Shown here: one piece after another, positions 18,131 through 26,767 of the stretch
Numbering within the stretch: position 1 is the first letter of the stretch
Layout of the letters: each line of letters starts with the position of its first letter
NCBI RefSeq assembly: GCF_965208055.1
Contig: NZ_CBDBNY010000004.1
Span: 320,045-384,044, forward strand
Direction: 5' to 3'
Origin: Candidatus Palauibacter sp.
Lineage (GTDB): Bacteria; Gemmatimonadota; Gemmatimonadetes; Palauibacterales; Palauibacteraceae
Length of the DNA stretch: 64,000 nt
Notes under the pieces: generated by a model
The model's database searches: none
Told to the model about the DNA's origin: nothing
Seen by the model: the letters and a program-made list of their open reading frames with translations, nothing else
Made by a program: the position numbers and the translations under genes

Positions 18131-19480
18131 TTAGCCCAGGAGACCGAGTCCGGCGAGCACGACGAGCCCCACGGCGGCCGGCACGATGAAGCGCATGACC
18201 GGACCCCACGCCGCGGTGACCCTGAAGCGCCCCGCCCCCTGGTTCGTCTCCGCCCGGTACCGTTCGAAGCCCCAGACGAAGGCCACATAGAGGGAGATCG
18301 CGAGCCCGCCGACCGTGAGGAAGATGTTCCCGGACACATAGTCGGCGAGTTCGAACAGACCGCGGCCTCCAAGCTGTATCGCGGCCCAGGGCCCGCCGCC
18401 GAGCGCGAGCGGGACTCCCGAGAGGAGGATGACGCCGAGCACGGTCCAGAGCGATCGACGGCGGCTCCAGCCCAGCGAGTCCATGGCGCTCGACGTGAGG
18501 GCTTCGAGCAGCGCGAGACATGAGGTGAGTCCCGCGATGAACACGAAGAAGAAGAAGAACGCCGCGGCCACCTCGCCCGCCGGCAGGCGGCCGAAGAGAC
18601 CCGCCATCGTGATGAAGAGCAGGCCCGCCCCCTGGTCGGGCTCCATGCCGAAGGCGAAGAGGGCGGGGAACATGACGAACCCCGCGAGGACGGCGGCGAG
18701 CGTGTCGCAGGCCACGATCGCGGCGGCGCTCCCGGGGATGTCGCTGTGGCGCGGATGCAGAAAGCTCCCGAACACGAACGCGCCCATCATCCCGACCCCG
18801 ATGGAATAGAAGGCCTGTCCGAGCGCCGCGAGCCACGTCTCCGGACCGATGGCCGAGAAGTCGGGCGCGAGATACCAGCGGACGCCCTCCCACGCCCCGT
18901 CGAACCGGAGCGAGACGATCCCGAGTCCGATGAGGAAAAAGAAGAGGACGGGCATCAGGAATCGCGCCGCGCGCTCGATCCCCCGCCGCAACCCTCGGGT
19001 GATGATGAGTCCCGCCAGCAGCATCACGGGGATCGTGTAGGCGAGCACCTCTCCCGGGCGCGCGGTGAAGGCCGCGAACGACTCCGCCGCAGCCTGTACG
19101 CTTCCGGTATCGTAACCCCCCCGGAAGGCACGGACGAAGTAGGCCGCGATCCAGCCCATGATGAGCTGGTAGTAGGACATGATGAGGAACGCGGCACCCA
19201 TGCCGAGCCAGCCGATCGCCCGGAACGGGCTTCGTCCCGCGAGCTTTCGCATCCCGGCCAGCGGCGTCGCCTGCGCGCGGCGTCCGAGGCTGATCTCGGC
19301 GGTGAACAGCGGAATCCCGATCAGCAACGCGAGCAGGACGTAGATGAGGAGAAAGGCGCCTCCCCCGTTCTCGCCGGCCAGGTACGGGAATCTCCAGATG
19401 TTCCCGAGCCCCACCGAGAACCCGGTGGTGGCGAGAATGAAGCCCAGCGGGCTACCCCATCGTTCGCGCGGCGTACTCAT
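18131..19480 (-). CDS. Neurotransmitter:sodium symporter (NSS/SNF) family transporter
   Basis: Hallmark N-terminal motif GFILATTGFSVGLGNIWRFPY. 11-12 TM helices. ATG start at 19480. The longer ORF listed in the track has an Arg-rich N-terminal extension that is an artefact. Confidence 0.85.
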   Translation of the reverse strand: MSTPRERWGSPLGFILATTGFSVGLGNIWRFPYLAGENGGGAFLLIYVLLALLIGIPLFTAEISLGRRAQATPLAGMRKLAGRSPFRAIGWLGMGAAFLIMSYYQLIMGWIAAYFVRAFRGGYDTGSVQAAAESFAAFTARPGEVLAYTIPVMLLAGLIITRGLRRGIERAARFLMPVLFFFLIGLGIVSLRFDGAWEGVRWYLAPDFSAIGPETWLAALGQAFYSIGVGMMGAFVFGSFLHPRHSDIPGSAAAIVACDTLAAVLAGFVMFPALFAFGMEPDQGAGLLFITMAGLFGRLPAGEVAAAFFFFFVFIAGLTSCLALLEALTSSAMDSLGWSRRRSLWTVLGVILLSGVPLALGGGPWAAIQLGGRGLFELADYVSGNIFLTVGGLAISLYVAFVWGFERYRAETNQGAGRFRVTAAWGPVMRFIVPAAVGLVVLAGLGLLG

Positions 19481-19536
19481 CTTCCAACAGTTGCCAGAGG
19501 TCGCAGATCCGTCCAGAGTAGGGCACCCGAGAGGAG

Positions 19537-21186
19537 GTGCCGGATGCCCGAAACGGGCCGCTCGTGAAATACGATCTGCGGGTGCTCCGCGGCGATCTTT
19601 TCGGAGGCGCCACGTCGGCGGTGGTGGCGCTCCCGGTGTCGCTCGCCTTCGGCGTCGCGTCGGGCCTCGGCGCGGTCGCCGGGCTCTACGGCGCGATCGC
19701 CGTCGGCTTCTTCGCGGCCGTCTTCGGCGGCAACCGGTTCCAAATGTCCGGTCCCACCCCTTCAATGACCGTCGCCATGGCGGTCGTAGTGACCACGCAT
19801 GCGTCGACGCTGAGCGAGGCCTTCACCGTGGTGGTGCTGGCGGGGCTGATCCAGATTGCGCTGGGTCTCTTGAAGGCCGGGCGCTTCGTCGTCTACACGC
19901 CGCACGCCGTCATCTCGGGGTTCATGTCCGGGATCGGCGTCATCGTCATGCTCATCCAGACGCTGCCGTTCCTCGGCGCCGCTCCGGCGGAGGGCGGTCC
20001 CATCGGCGCCATGCGGGCGCTGCCGGCGGTCGTGGCCAACATGAACGCGAGCGCGTTGGCCATCGGCGCGGTCACGCTCACGGCCGGCATCTGCTGGCCT
20101 CGGCGGTGGTCACGCCTGCTGCCGGGTCCGCTCGTCGCCCTCATCGTCGGAACGGCGCTTGGCCTGTTTTGGCTGACCGACGTCCCCGTCATCGGCGCCA
20201 TCCCGACCAGCCTGCCGGAGATCCAATTCGGTCTGCCGTCCTTCGGTTTTCTGGCCCAGGCCTTTCATGCGGCGCTCATCCTGGCCCTCCTCGGTTCGGT
20301 CGACAGTCTTCTCACGTCGCTCGTGGCCGACTCGCTGACCGGCACGCAGCACGACTCGAACCGCGAACTCGTCGGCCAGGGCATCGGCAACGTCGTCTCC
20401 GGCCTGTTCGGAGGGTTGCCGGGCGCGGGCGCGACGATGGGGACGGTCGTCAACATCCGCGCCGGCGGTCTCACGCGGATGTCCGGCGCCCTGCGCGCCA
20501 TCTTCCTGCTGGGGGTTCTGCTGGGCCTGGGGCCGTTTCTGGAACCCATTCCGCACGCCGTGCTGGCCGGCATCCTGATCAAGGTCGGGTGGGACATCAT
20601 CGACTGGCCCCTTCTGGTCCGCATCCACCGCCTCCGCCGCGACCAGCTCTTCGTCATGGTGCTGACGCTCGGCCTGACCGTGTTCGTCGACCTCGTGACC
20701 GCGGTCGCGATCGGTCTCATCGTCGCGGGGATGGCTCACGCACGGCAGCTGGAGGGCCTTGAACTCGACAACGTCCTTTCCGTCCCGCTGCTCGACCGCA
20801 CGTTCTTCGCCGGACTCGAGGGCGCGGACGCGATGGGCGAATACTCCGCCAGGGTGGGCCTGGTGCAGCTGCGGGGCGCCTTCACCGTCGCGTCGTCCCA
20901 CAAGCTGGTCGGCGTCATTGGGAAGGACATCAAGGACCACGAGATCGTCATCTTCGACTTCTCCGCCGCCACTTATGTGGATGACAGCGCCGCCATGCTC
21001 ATTCGGCAGCTTTTGGACGTGGGGGAGAGCGAAGACACCGAGGTCATCGTCCTGTCGGTCTCCGGAGCCGTAGACAAGACGCTGCGCGCGCTCGACATCC
21101 TGTCGGGCGTGCCCGAGGAGCATATCGTCGAGACGAGGGATGAGGCTCGCGTGGTGGCGCTGGACCTGCTCAACGCCGGAAACTGA
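19537..21186 (+). CDS. SulP family anion (sulfate/bicarbonate) transporter with a C-terminal STAS domain
   Basis: 549 aa. SulP TM core, then a STAS region (ARVGLVQLRGAFTVASSHKLVGVIG...FDFSAATYVDDSAAMLIRQL). Confidence 0.9.
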   Translation: MPDARNGPLVKYDLRVLRGDLFGGATSAVVALPVSLAFGVASGLGAVAGLYGAIAVGFFAAVFGGNRFQMSGPTPSMTVAMAVVVTTHASTLSEAFTVVVLAGLIQIALGLLKAGRFVVYTPHAVISGFMSGIGVIVMLIQTLPFLGAAPAEGGPIGAMRALPAVVANMNASALAIGAVTLTAGICWPRRWSRLLPGPLVALIVGTALGLFWLTDVPVIGAIPTSLPEIQFGLPSFGFLAQAFHAALILALLGSVDSLLTSLVADSLTGTQHDSNRELVGQGIGNVVSGLFGGLPGAGATMGTVVNIRAGGLTRMSGALRAIFLLGVLLGLGPFLEPIPHAVLAGILIKVGWDIIDWPLLVRIHRLRRDQLFVMVLTLGLTVFVDLVTAVAIGLIVAGMAHARQLEGLELDNVLSVPLLDRTFFAGLEGADAMGEYSARVGLVQLRGAFTVASSHKLVGVIGKDIKDHEIVIFDFSAATYVDDSAAMLIRQLLDVGESEDTEVIVLSVSGAVDKTLRALDILSGVPEEHIVETRDEARVVALDLLNAGN

Positions 21187-21366
21187 GACGGTGGAGAGGT
21201 CGCAACCCTCCTCGGAAGGAGGACTTTGGCATGCGCAGGGTCCCCCGTCGAGGCACGCGGTTCTCTGGCGGTCTCTGGCGCCGCGTGGTTAGCTTCCTCC
21301 CCCCGCCGGGGATCGGTGTTCCCTCACGCGGTAAGCCACGCGATCAATACCGAAGGGGGATCCACG

Positions 21367-23856
21367 GTGCCCAGGAGACCTTGTCCGCCAACGTTCAGTG
21401 CCCCTGTCGCGTTAGCTTGTGGACTGGTCCTTTCGGGTTGTTCGGAGAGGGACCTCGACTCGCTGGGTCCCGCACCTCCTCCCAGCAATGGGGAAGTCTA
21501 CATGGACGGCTTCTCCCCGGGCCTTGAGTACCAGGCCTTCGGCGGCTCCAAGGTCGATGCGCTCGACATCGATGAGACCGGCGGACGCGCCGGAACGCCG
21601 AGCCTGAAGTTCACGATTCCGCTGCCGAACGATCCCGCCGGCAGCTACGCGGGCGGCGTATTCGTCGGCAGGCCGCCCCGCGACCTCTCCGGCTTCACGG
21701 CGCTCACTTTCTGGACCCGGGCGAGGCAGGCGGCCACGCTAAACACCGTGGGCTTCGGAAACGACAACAGCGGCAACTCGAGATTCCCCGCCGAAGCGGG
21801 GGATGTGACCGTGTCGACGACATGGAGCAAGGTCATTCTTCCCATTCCGGACCCCTCGAAACTGAGTAGCGAAGGTGGCCTGTTCTTCCTCGCCGAAGGG
21901 GCGGAGAACAACCAGGGCAACGAGATCTGGTTCGACGAAGTCCAGTTCGAGGATGTGCGTACGATCGCGAATCCGCGTCCCGCCATCGCGACCGCGACGG
22001 TCGCGGGCGAACCCGGGGGCACGGCCCGGGTGATGGGGACGCAGGTCACGTACGACGTGGGCGGATTCGACCGGGTCATGAAGGCGAGTCCGGCCTACTT
22101 CAGCTTCGGTTCCTCGGATCCGGGCGTCGTCACGGTCGACGCCGATGGCCAGATGACGTTCGTCGGGTTGGGCACGGCGACGGTCACCGCCTCCCTCGGT
22201 GGCGCGCAGGCGGACGGTGCGGTCACGGTCACCGTGGCGGCGTCGCCCGACGGCGGACCTCCCGCTCCGACGCGGTCCGCCGAGAACGTGATCTCACTCT
22301 TCAGCGACGCGTACGACGACGTCACCGTGGACACCTGGTCGGCCGAATGGGACCAGGCCGATGCCGAGGACGTCCAGTTCGCGGGCGACAACGTCAAGAA
22401 GTATTCGAATCTCAACTTCGCGGGAATCGAATTCATCTCCGCGCCGATCGATGCCTCGGCGATGAGCCACTTACACTTCGATTTGTGGACCGGCGATGAA
22501 ACGGCTCCGCCGGCAGCTTTCCGGGTGAAGCTCGTAGACTTCGGCCCCAATGGCGCCTTCGGCGGGGACGACGACAGCGAGCACGAAATCGCCCTGACTG
22601 CGGAATCGGGTCTGGCCTCCCGAACGTGGGTGAGTTTCGACGTGCCGCTGACGGACTTCGCGGGCCTCGCGGCCACATCCAGCCTGGCGCAGCTCATCAT
22701 CTCGGGCGACCCGAATACGGTCTATCTTGACAACATCTACTTCTGGGGTGAGGGGATGCCACCTCCGCCGCCTCCTCCCCCACCGGCGCCGATGGAGCCA
22801 TCGGAACCGGCGCCCACGCCGGAGCAGGATGCCGGAGACGTGATCTCGCTGTTCAGCGACGCGTACGAGGATGTGGCCGTAGAGACCTGGTCGGCGGAGT
22901 GGGACCAGGCCGACGTGGAGGACGTCCAGGTTGCGGGCGACAACATGAAGAAATACACCAATCTGGTCTTTGCCGGCGTGACGTTCACGTCGGCGCCGGT
23001 CGATGCCTCGGGAATGACGCACTTCCACGTGGATGCGTGGACGCCCGACCCGACGGCGGAGCCGGCCGCGCTGCGGCTGAAGCTGGTCGACTTCGGTCCG
23101 AACGGGGTCCACGACGGCGGGGGAGACGACAGCGAGCACGAGGTCTCGCTCACGGCGGCCTCGACCCCGGCGCTCGCGACCGGGATGTGGCTGAGCTACG
23201 ACCTTGCGTTCGAGGAACTGTCAGGGCTCGCGGGCAGGACGAGCTTGGCGCAGTTCATCATCTCCGGCGACCCGAACACGTTGTTCGTCGACAACGTCTA
23301 CTTCTACGGGGAGAGCGCACCGGCGCCGACCGAGCCGCCAATAGCCGCGCCGACACCGGCTGCGGCCGCGGCCGACGTGATTTCGCTGTTCAGCGACGCG
23401 TACGAAGACGTGACGGTGGATACCTGGTCTGCGGACTGGGACCAGGGAGACGTCGCGGATGTCGAGATCGACGGGAACGCGGCGAAAATGTACTCCAACG
23501 TCGTTTTCGTCGGCGTGGAGTTCACCTCGGCGACGGTCGACGCCTCGGAAATGACCCACTTTCACATCGACCTCTGGACCGCGGACGAGACCGCCGATCC
23601 GGCGGCGTTCAGGGTGAAGCTCGTTGACTTCGGCGCAAACGGCGTGCACGACGGCGGGGGCGATGACAGCGAGCACGAATTGTCGCTGACGGCGGCCTCG
23701 GATCCGTCCCTCGCTTCCGGAGTCTGGCTCAGCTACGACGTCTCCCTGTCGGACTTCTCCGGTCTCGCGGAGACGGGCCATCTGGCGCAGCTCATCTTTT
23801 CGGGCGATCTCGGCACGTTCTGGATCGATAACGTCTACTTACGACGCGACCAGTGA
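21367..23856 (+). CDS. Surface lipoprotein with a BIG2-like domain and three ~180-aa tandem repeats (putative beta-glucan-binding modules)
   Basis: GTG start with lipobox LVLSGC. BIG2-like stretch (VTYDVGGF...SSDPGVVTVDADGQMTFVGLGTATVTA). Three repeats each contain ISLFSDAYDDV.VDTWSAEWDQADVEDVQ.AGDN.KKY.NL.FAG..F.SAPVDAS.M.H.H.D.WT.D, then FR.KLVDFGPNG....DDSEHE..LTA, then LAQLIISGDPNT...DN.YF.GE. Confidence 0.7.
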   Translation: MPRRPCPPTFSAPVALACGLVLSGCSERDLDSLGPAPPPSNGEVYMDGFSPGLEYQAFGGSKVDALDIDETGGRAGTPSLKFTIPLPNDPAGSYAGGVFVGRPPRDLSGFTALTFWTRARQAATLNTVGFGNDNSGNSRFPAEAGDVTVSTTWSKVILPIPDPSKLSSEGGLFFLAEGAENNQGNEIWFDEVQFEDVRTIANPRPAIATATVAGEPGGTARVMGTQVTYDVGGFDRVMKASPAYFSFGSSDPGVVTVDADGQMTFVGLGTATVTASLGGAQADGAVTVTVAASPDGGPPAPTRSAENVISLFSDAYDDVTVDTWSAEWDQADAEDVQFAGDNVKKYSNLNFAGIEFISAPIDASAMSHLHFDLWTGDETAPPAAFRVKLVDFGPNGAFGGDDDSEHEIALTAESGLASRTWVSFDVPLTDFAGLAATSSLAQLIISGDPNTVYLDNIYFWGEGMPPPPPPPPPAPMEPSEPAPTPEQDAGDVISLFSDAYEDVAVETWSAEWDQADVEDVQVAGDNMKKYTNLVFAGVTFTSAPVDASGMTHFHVDAWTPDPTAEPAALRLKLVDFGPNGVHDGGGDDSEHEVSLTAASTPALATGMWLSYDLAFEELSGLAGRTSLAQFIISGDPNTLFVDNVYFYGESAPAPTEPPIAAPTPAAAAADVISLFSDAYEDVTVDTWSADWDQGDVADVEIDGNAAKMYSNVVFVGVEFTSATVDASEMTHFHIDLWTADETADPAAFRVKLVDFGANGVHDGGGDDSEHELSLTAASDPSLASGVWLSYDVSLSDFSGLAETGHLAQLIFSGDLGTFWIDNVYLRRDQ
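22283..23853 (+). repeat. Three in-frame tandem coding repeats (~540-555 bp period) inside the surface lipoprotein gene
   Basis: Repeat starts near 22283 (gagaacgtgatctcactcttcagcgacgcgtacgacgac), 22838 (gacgtgatctcgctgttcagcgacgcgtacgaggat) and 23374 (gacgtgatttcgctgttcagcgacgcgtacgaagac). Pairwise aa identity is ~55-70%. Confidence 0.8.
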
Positions 23857-23909
23857 ACGGCGGGCACGCGCCGCCGCGGTTCCGACTGATCGTGAAGGTC
23901 TGTTCTCTA

Positions 23910-24707
23910 ATGGGCCCCCTGGCGGCTCTCGTCATCATCGCGGCGGCGTGCGGCGGCGAGGGTGAACCCACGGCCCCGAGTCGGGCGCAGCTGATCTGGG
24001 AGGACGAATTCGATGGGCCGGCCGGCCAGCTGCCGGATCCGTCGCGCTGGACGTTCGACATCGGCACCGACTGGGGGAACCGGCAACTGGAGTTCGACAC
24101 GGACCGTCCCGAGAACGTCTCGCTCGACGGAAACGGGAACCTGGCCATCACGGCGCGCCGCGAGGCGTTCAGCGGCAGCCAGTTCACCTCCGGCCGGATC
24201 AAGACCCAGGGGCTGTTCGAGCAGGCATACGGACGCTTCGAGGCCCGAATCGACCTCCCCTCCGGGCGGGGCATCTGGCCCGCCTTCTGGCTGTTGGGCG
24301 CCGACATCGACGCGGTCGGCTGGCCGGAGTGCGGCGAGATCGACGTCATGGAATTCCGCGGTCAGGAACCGTCCATCGTGCACGGCAGCCTGCACGGGCC
24401 GGGCTACTCGGCCGGCAACGCCGTGACGGCGCGGTACACGCTGAACAACGACCGCTTCGACACGGGTTTTCACACCTTCGCCGTCGAGTGGACTGAAGAC
24501 CGGATCGAGTGGTTCGTGGACGGAGAGCGCTACCAGTCGATCGGGCGTGACGAAGTGCCCGGGCGGTGGGCGTACGATCATCCTTTTTTCGTCATCCTCA
24601 ACGTCGCGGTGGGTGGCGGTTTCGTCGGCCCGCCGGGTGAGAGCACGGCCTTCCCGCAGACGATGCTTGTCGATTGGGTGCGAGTGTACGGTATCGACGA
24701 CTCGTGA
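23910..24707 (+). CDS. Glycoside hydrolase family 16 laminarinase (endo-beta-1,3-glucanase) lipoprotein
   Basis: Lipobox IIAAACGG. GH16 catalytic motif GEIDVME (ExDxxE). Also WEDEFDG and WPAFWLLG. Confidence 0.9.
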   Translation: MGPLAALVIIAAACGGEGEPTAPSRAQLIWEDEFDGPAGQLPDPSRWTFDIGTDWGNRQLEFDTDRPENVSLDGNGNLAITARREAFSGSQFTSGRIKTQGLFEQAYGRFEARIDLPSGRGIWPAFWLLGADIDAVGWPECGEIDVMEFRGQEPSIVHGSLHGPGYSAGNAVTARYTLNNDRFDTGFHTFAVEWTEDRIEWFVDGERYQSIGRDEVPGRWAYDHPFFVILNVAVGGGFVGPPGESTAFPQTMLVDWVRVYGIDDS

Positions 24708-26767
24708 CCCACCGCACGGCCCCTGAAGACCGGATCTCCTTCCCGCACAAGATCGCCTACGGGGTCGGCGGCTTCGTAAACAACCTGCTCGCACAGGGCA
24801 TCGGCGGCATGACCGTCGTACTCACGCTGGCCCTCGGCATGGATTTCCGGCTCGTGGGCCTGCTCGGCATGCTGCCGAGGTTCTTCGATGCGATCACCGA
24901 CCCACTCGTCGGTTTCATCTCCGACCGGTCGCGTTCCCGCTGGGGCCGGCGCCGACCGTTCCTTTTCGTCGGGGCCATCGCCTCGGGGGTCATCTTCGCG
25001 CTCCTGTGGCAGATGCCTGCGCCCACGCAGTTCCGGCTGAAGTTGGTGGACTACGGCGCGGACGGGGTGTACAGCGGCGGCGTCACCGGCGAGCCGGTCA
25101 GCATATTCGAGGCCATCGGGGAGTCGCTGCGCGACATCGTGACCGTTGAAGTCATGGACGATGTCGAGGACGAGGTCACGATCCTTCCCCCGACGCTCGT
25201 CACCGGTGCCTGGGTCGGCATCGACGTGCCGCTCTCCGACTTCGACGAACTCACCACGCGCGAGCACCTGTCCCAGATCCTGATTTCGGGCGACCTCACC
25301 GAAGTGTACGTCGACAACGTGTATCTCTACCGGACGGACGACACGACGAGGATCGCGACGTCGGGGGAGGACCGGGAGGGCTTGGCGGCGCCCGACGCGC
25401 CAGCGCGGCTGCCCGCGGTCCCGGCAGAGGATGTGATTTCGTTCTTCAGCGACGCGTATGACGACGTTGGGGTGGATTTCTGGTCCGCCGACTGGGACGA
25501 GGCCGATGTGGCGGACGCCCGGGCCGCCGGCGACGACGTCAAGCACTACACGAACCTCAGGTTCGCCGGCATCGACTTCGGCGAGCAGCCCGTGGACGCG
25601 AGCGCGATGACGCACGTACACATGGACATCTGGACCCCGGAGACCACGGGCGAGGGCCGGAGCCAGGCGTACTATTTCTGGTACTTCCTGGTCGGCTCGC
25701 TGATCTTCTTCCTCGCCTACACCATCTTCGCCACGCCCTGGGTCGCGCTGGGGTACGAACTTACGCCCGACTTCCACGAGCGCACACGGCTGATGGGCGT
25801 GCAGAACTTCGTCGGCAACGTCGCCTTCGTCATGGCGCCCTGGTTCCTCGTCGTGATGACGAATCCGGCGTGGTTCCGGAACCAGATGGCCGGAGCGAGG
25901 TTCCTGGCGCTCGCCATCTGCGTCACGGTAATCCTGCTCGGAGTGCTGCCGGCGATTTTCCTCCGCGAACGAGTGCCCGGGGCGGCTGGAGACCAGGAGC
26001 AGAGTAGCGGCCGGGAGGCCGTGGGCGAGTTCTTCGGAGGCCTCTGGCAGACGGTCAGGACCGGCCCCTTCCTTCTGCTTTGCATCGCGACTTTCCTGAT
26101 CTTCAACAGCTTCATCATGATTTCGGCGTTCCAGTTCTGGGTGTTCGTGTATTACGTGTCCGGCGGCAACGTCGCGGATGGGGCGTCGCTCGCCGGACTC
26201 GTCGGCACGCTCGGCATCGCAGGCGGATTCGCGGTGATCGCGATCGTGACCTGGCTGGGCACGAAGATCGGTAAGCGGAACGCCTTCTTCGTCTCCACCG
26301 GGATCTCGATGTTCGGCTATGCGCTGAAGTGGTTCTGCTACCACCCCGAGTATCCGATGCTCGCCCTGCTTCCGGCTCCCTTCCTGGCCTTCGGGCTGGG
26401 CGGCTTGTTCACGCTGATGGGATCCATGATCGCGGACGTGGTGGACCTCGATGAACTAAGCACGGGCGAGCGGCGCGAGGGGATGTTCGGATCGGTGTAC
26501 TGGTGGGTCGTAAAGGTGGGGCAGAGCATCGCGCTGGGCGCGGGAGGCTTCCTGCTCGCCTCGACGGGACTCGACATCGACCTCGGCGCCAACCAGGCCG
26601 CGCGGACCATCACCTTGCTACGCGTCTACGACGCTGTCGTCCCTCTCGTCGCATCCGCGATCGCGATCCTCGCGATCTACAAGTACCCGATCACTGAGAC
26701 GACGGCTCTGAAGGTGCGGGCCGAACTGGAGCAGCGGAGAGGTGGCGGCGCGGAAGCCACCGCCTAG
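24704..26767 (+). CDS. GPH-family (MelB-like) glycoside:cation symporter with a ~200-aa in-frame insertion homologous to the neighbouring surface-protein repeat
   Basis: GPH loop 2-3 motif DPLVGFISDRSRSRWGRRRPF and a MelB-like TM core. Residues ~120-325 (nt ~25030-25650) read QFRLKLVDYGADG...LSQILISGDLTEVYVDNVYLY + linker + DVISFFSDAYDDVGVDFWSADWDEADV...DASAMTHVHMDIWTPE. This is a circularly permuted copy of the repeat unit of gene 21367-23856. The insertion falls between TM3 and TM4. Confidence 0.8.
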   Translation: MTHRTAPEDRISFPHKIAYGVGGFVNNLLAQGIGGMTVVLTLALGMDFRLVGLLGMLPRFFDAITDPLVGFISDRSRSRWGRRRPFLFVGAIASGVIFALLWQMPAPTQFRLKLVDYGADGVYSGGVTGEPVSIFEAIGESLRDIVTVEVMDDVEDEVTILPPTLVTGAWVGIDVPLSDFDELTTREHLSQILISGDLTEVYVDNVYLYRTDDTTRIATSGEDREGLAAPDAPARLPAVPAEDVISFFSDAYDDVGVDFWSADWDEADVADARAAGDDVKHYTNLRFAGIDFGEQPVDASAMTHVHMDIWTPETTGEGRSQAYYFWYFLVGSLIFFLAYTIFATPWVALGYELTPDFHERTRLMGVQNFVGNVAFVMAPWFLVVMTNPAWFRNQMAGARFLALAICVTVILLGVLPAIFLRERVPGAAGDQEQSSGREAVGEFFGGLWQTVRTGPFLLLCIATFLIFNSFIMISAFQFWVFVYYVSGGNVADGASLAGLVGTLGIAGGFAVIAIVTWLGTKIGKRNAFFVSTGISMFGYALKWFCYHPEYPMLALLPAPFLAFGLGGLFTLMGSMIADVVDLDELSTGERREGMFGSVYWWVVKVGQSIALGAGGFLLASTGLDIDLGANQAARTITLLRVYDAVVPLVASAIAILAIYKYPITETTALKVRAELEQRRGGGAEATA
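25030..25650 (+). repeat. Fourth, circularly permuted copy of the glycan-binding repeat module, embedded in the transporter gene
   Basis: C-terminal half of a repeat at 25030-25330, N-terminal half at 25430-25650. Both clearly align with the repeats at 22283-23853. Confidence 0.75.

Noticed and set aside
17538-18893. 451-aa minus-strand ORF overlapping PdxH and the NSS transporter
   Set aside because: Out-of-frame overlap with two recognisable genes. Arg-rich nonsense composition.
21190-21225. Possible terminator hairpin (cctcct-cgga-aggagg) after SulP
   Set aside because: Only a 6-bp stem and no U-tract. It may simply be the RBS region (aaggagg) of the downstream lipoprotein gene.
24578-26344. 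588-aa minus-strand ORF antisense to the GPH transporter
   Set aside because: The opposite strand encodes a transporter with canonical GPH motifs. This ORF has low-complexity R/G/E/D-rich sequence.
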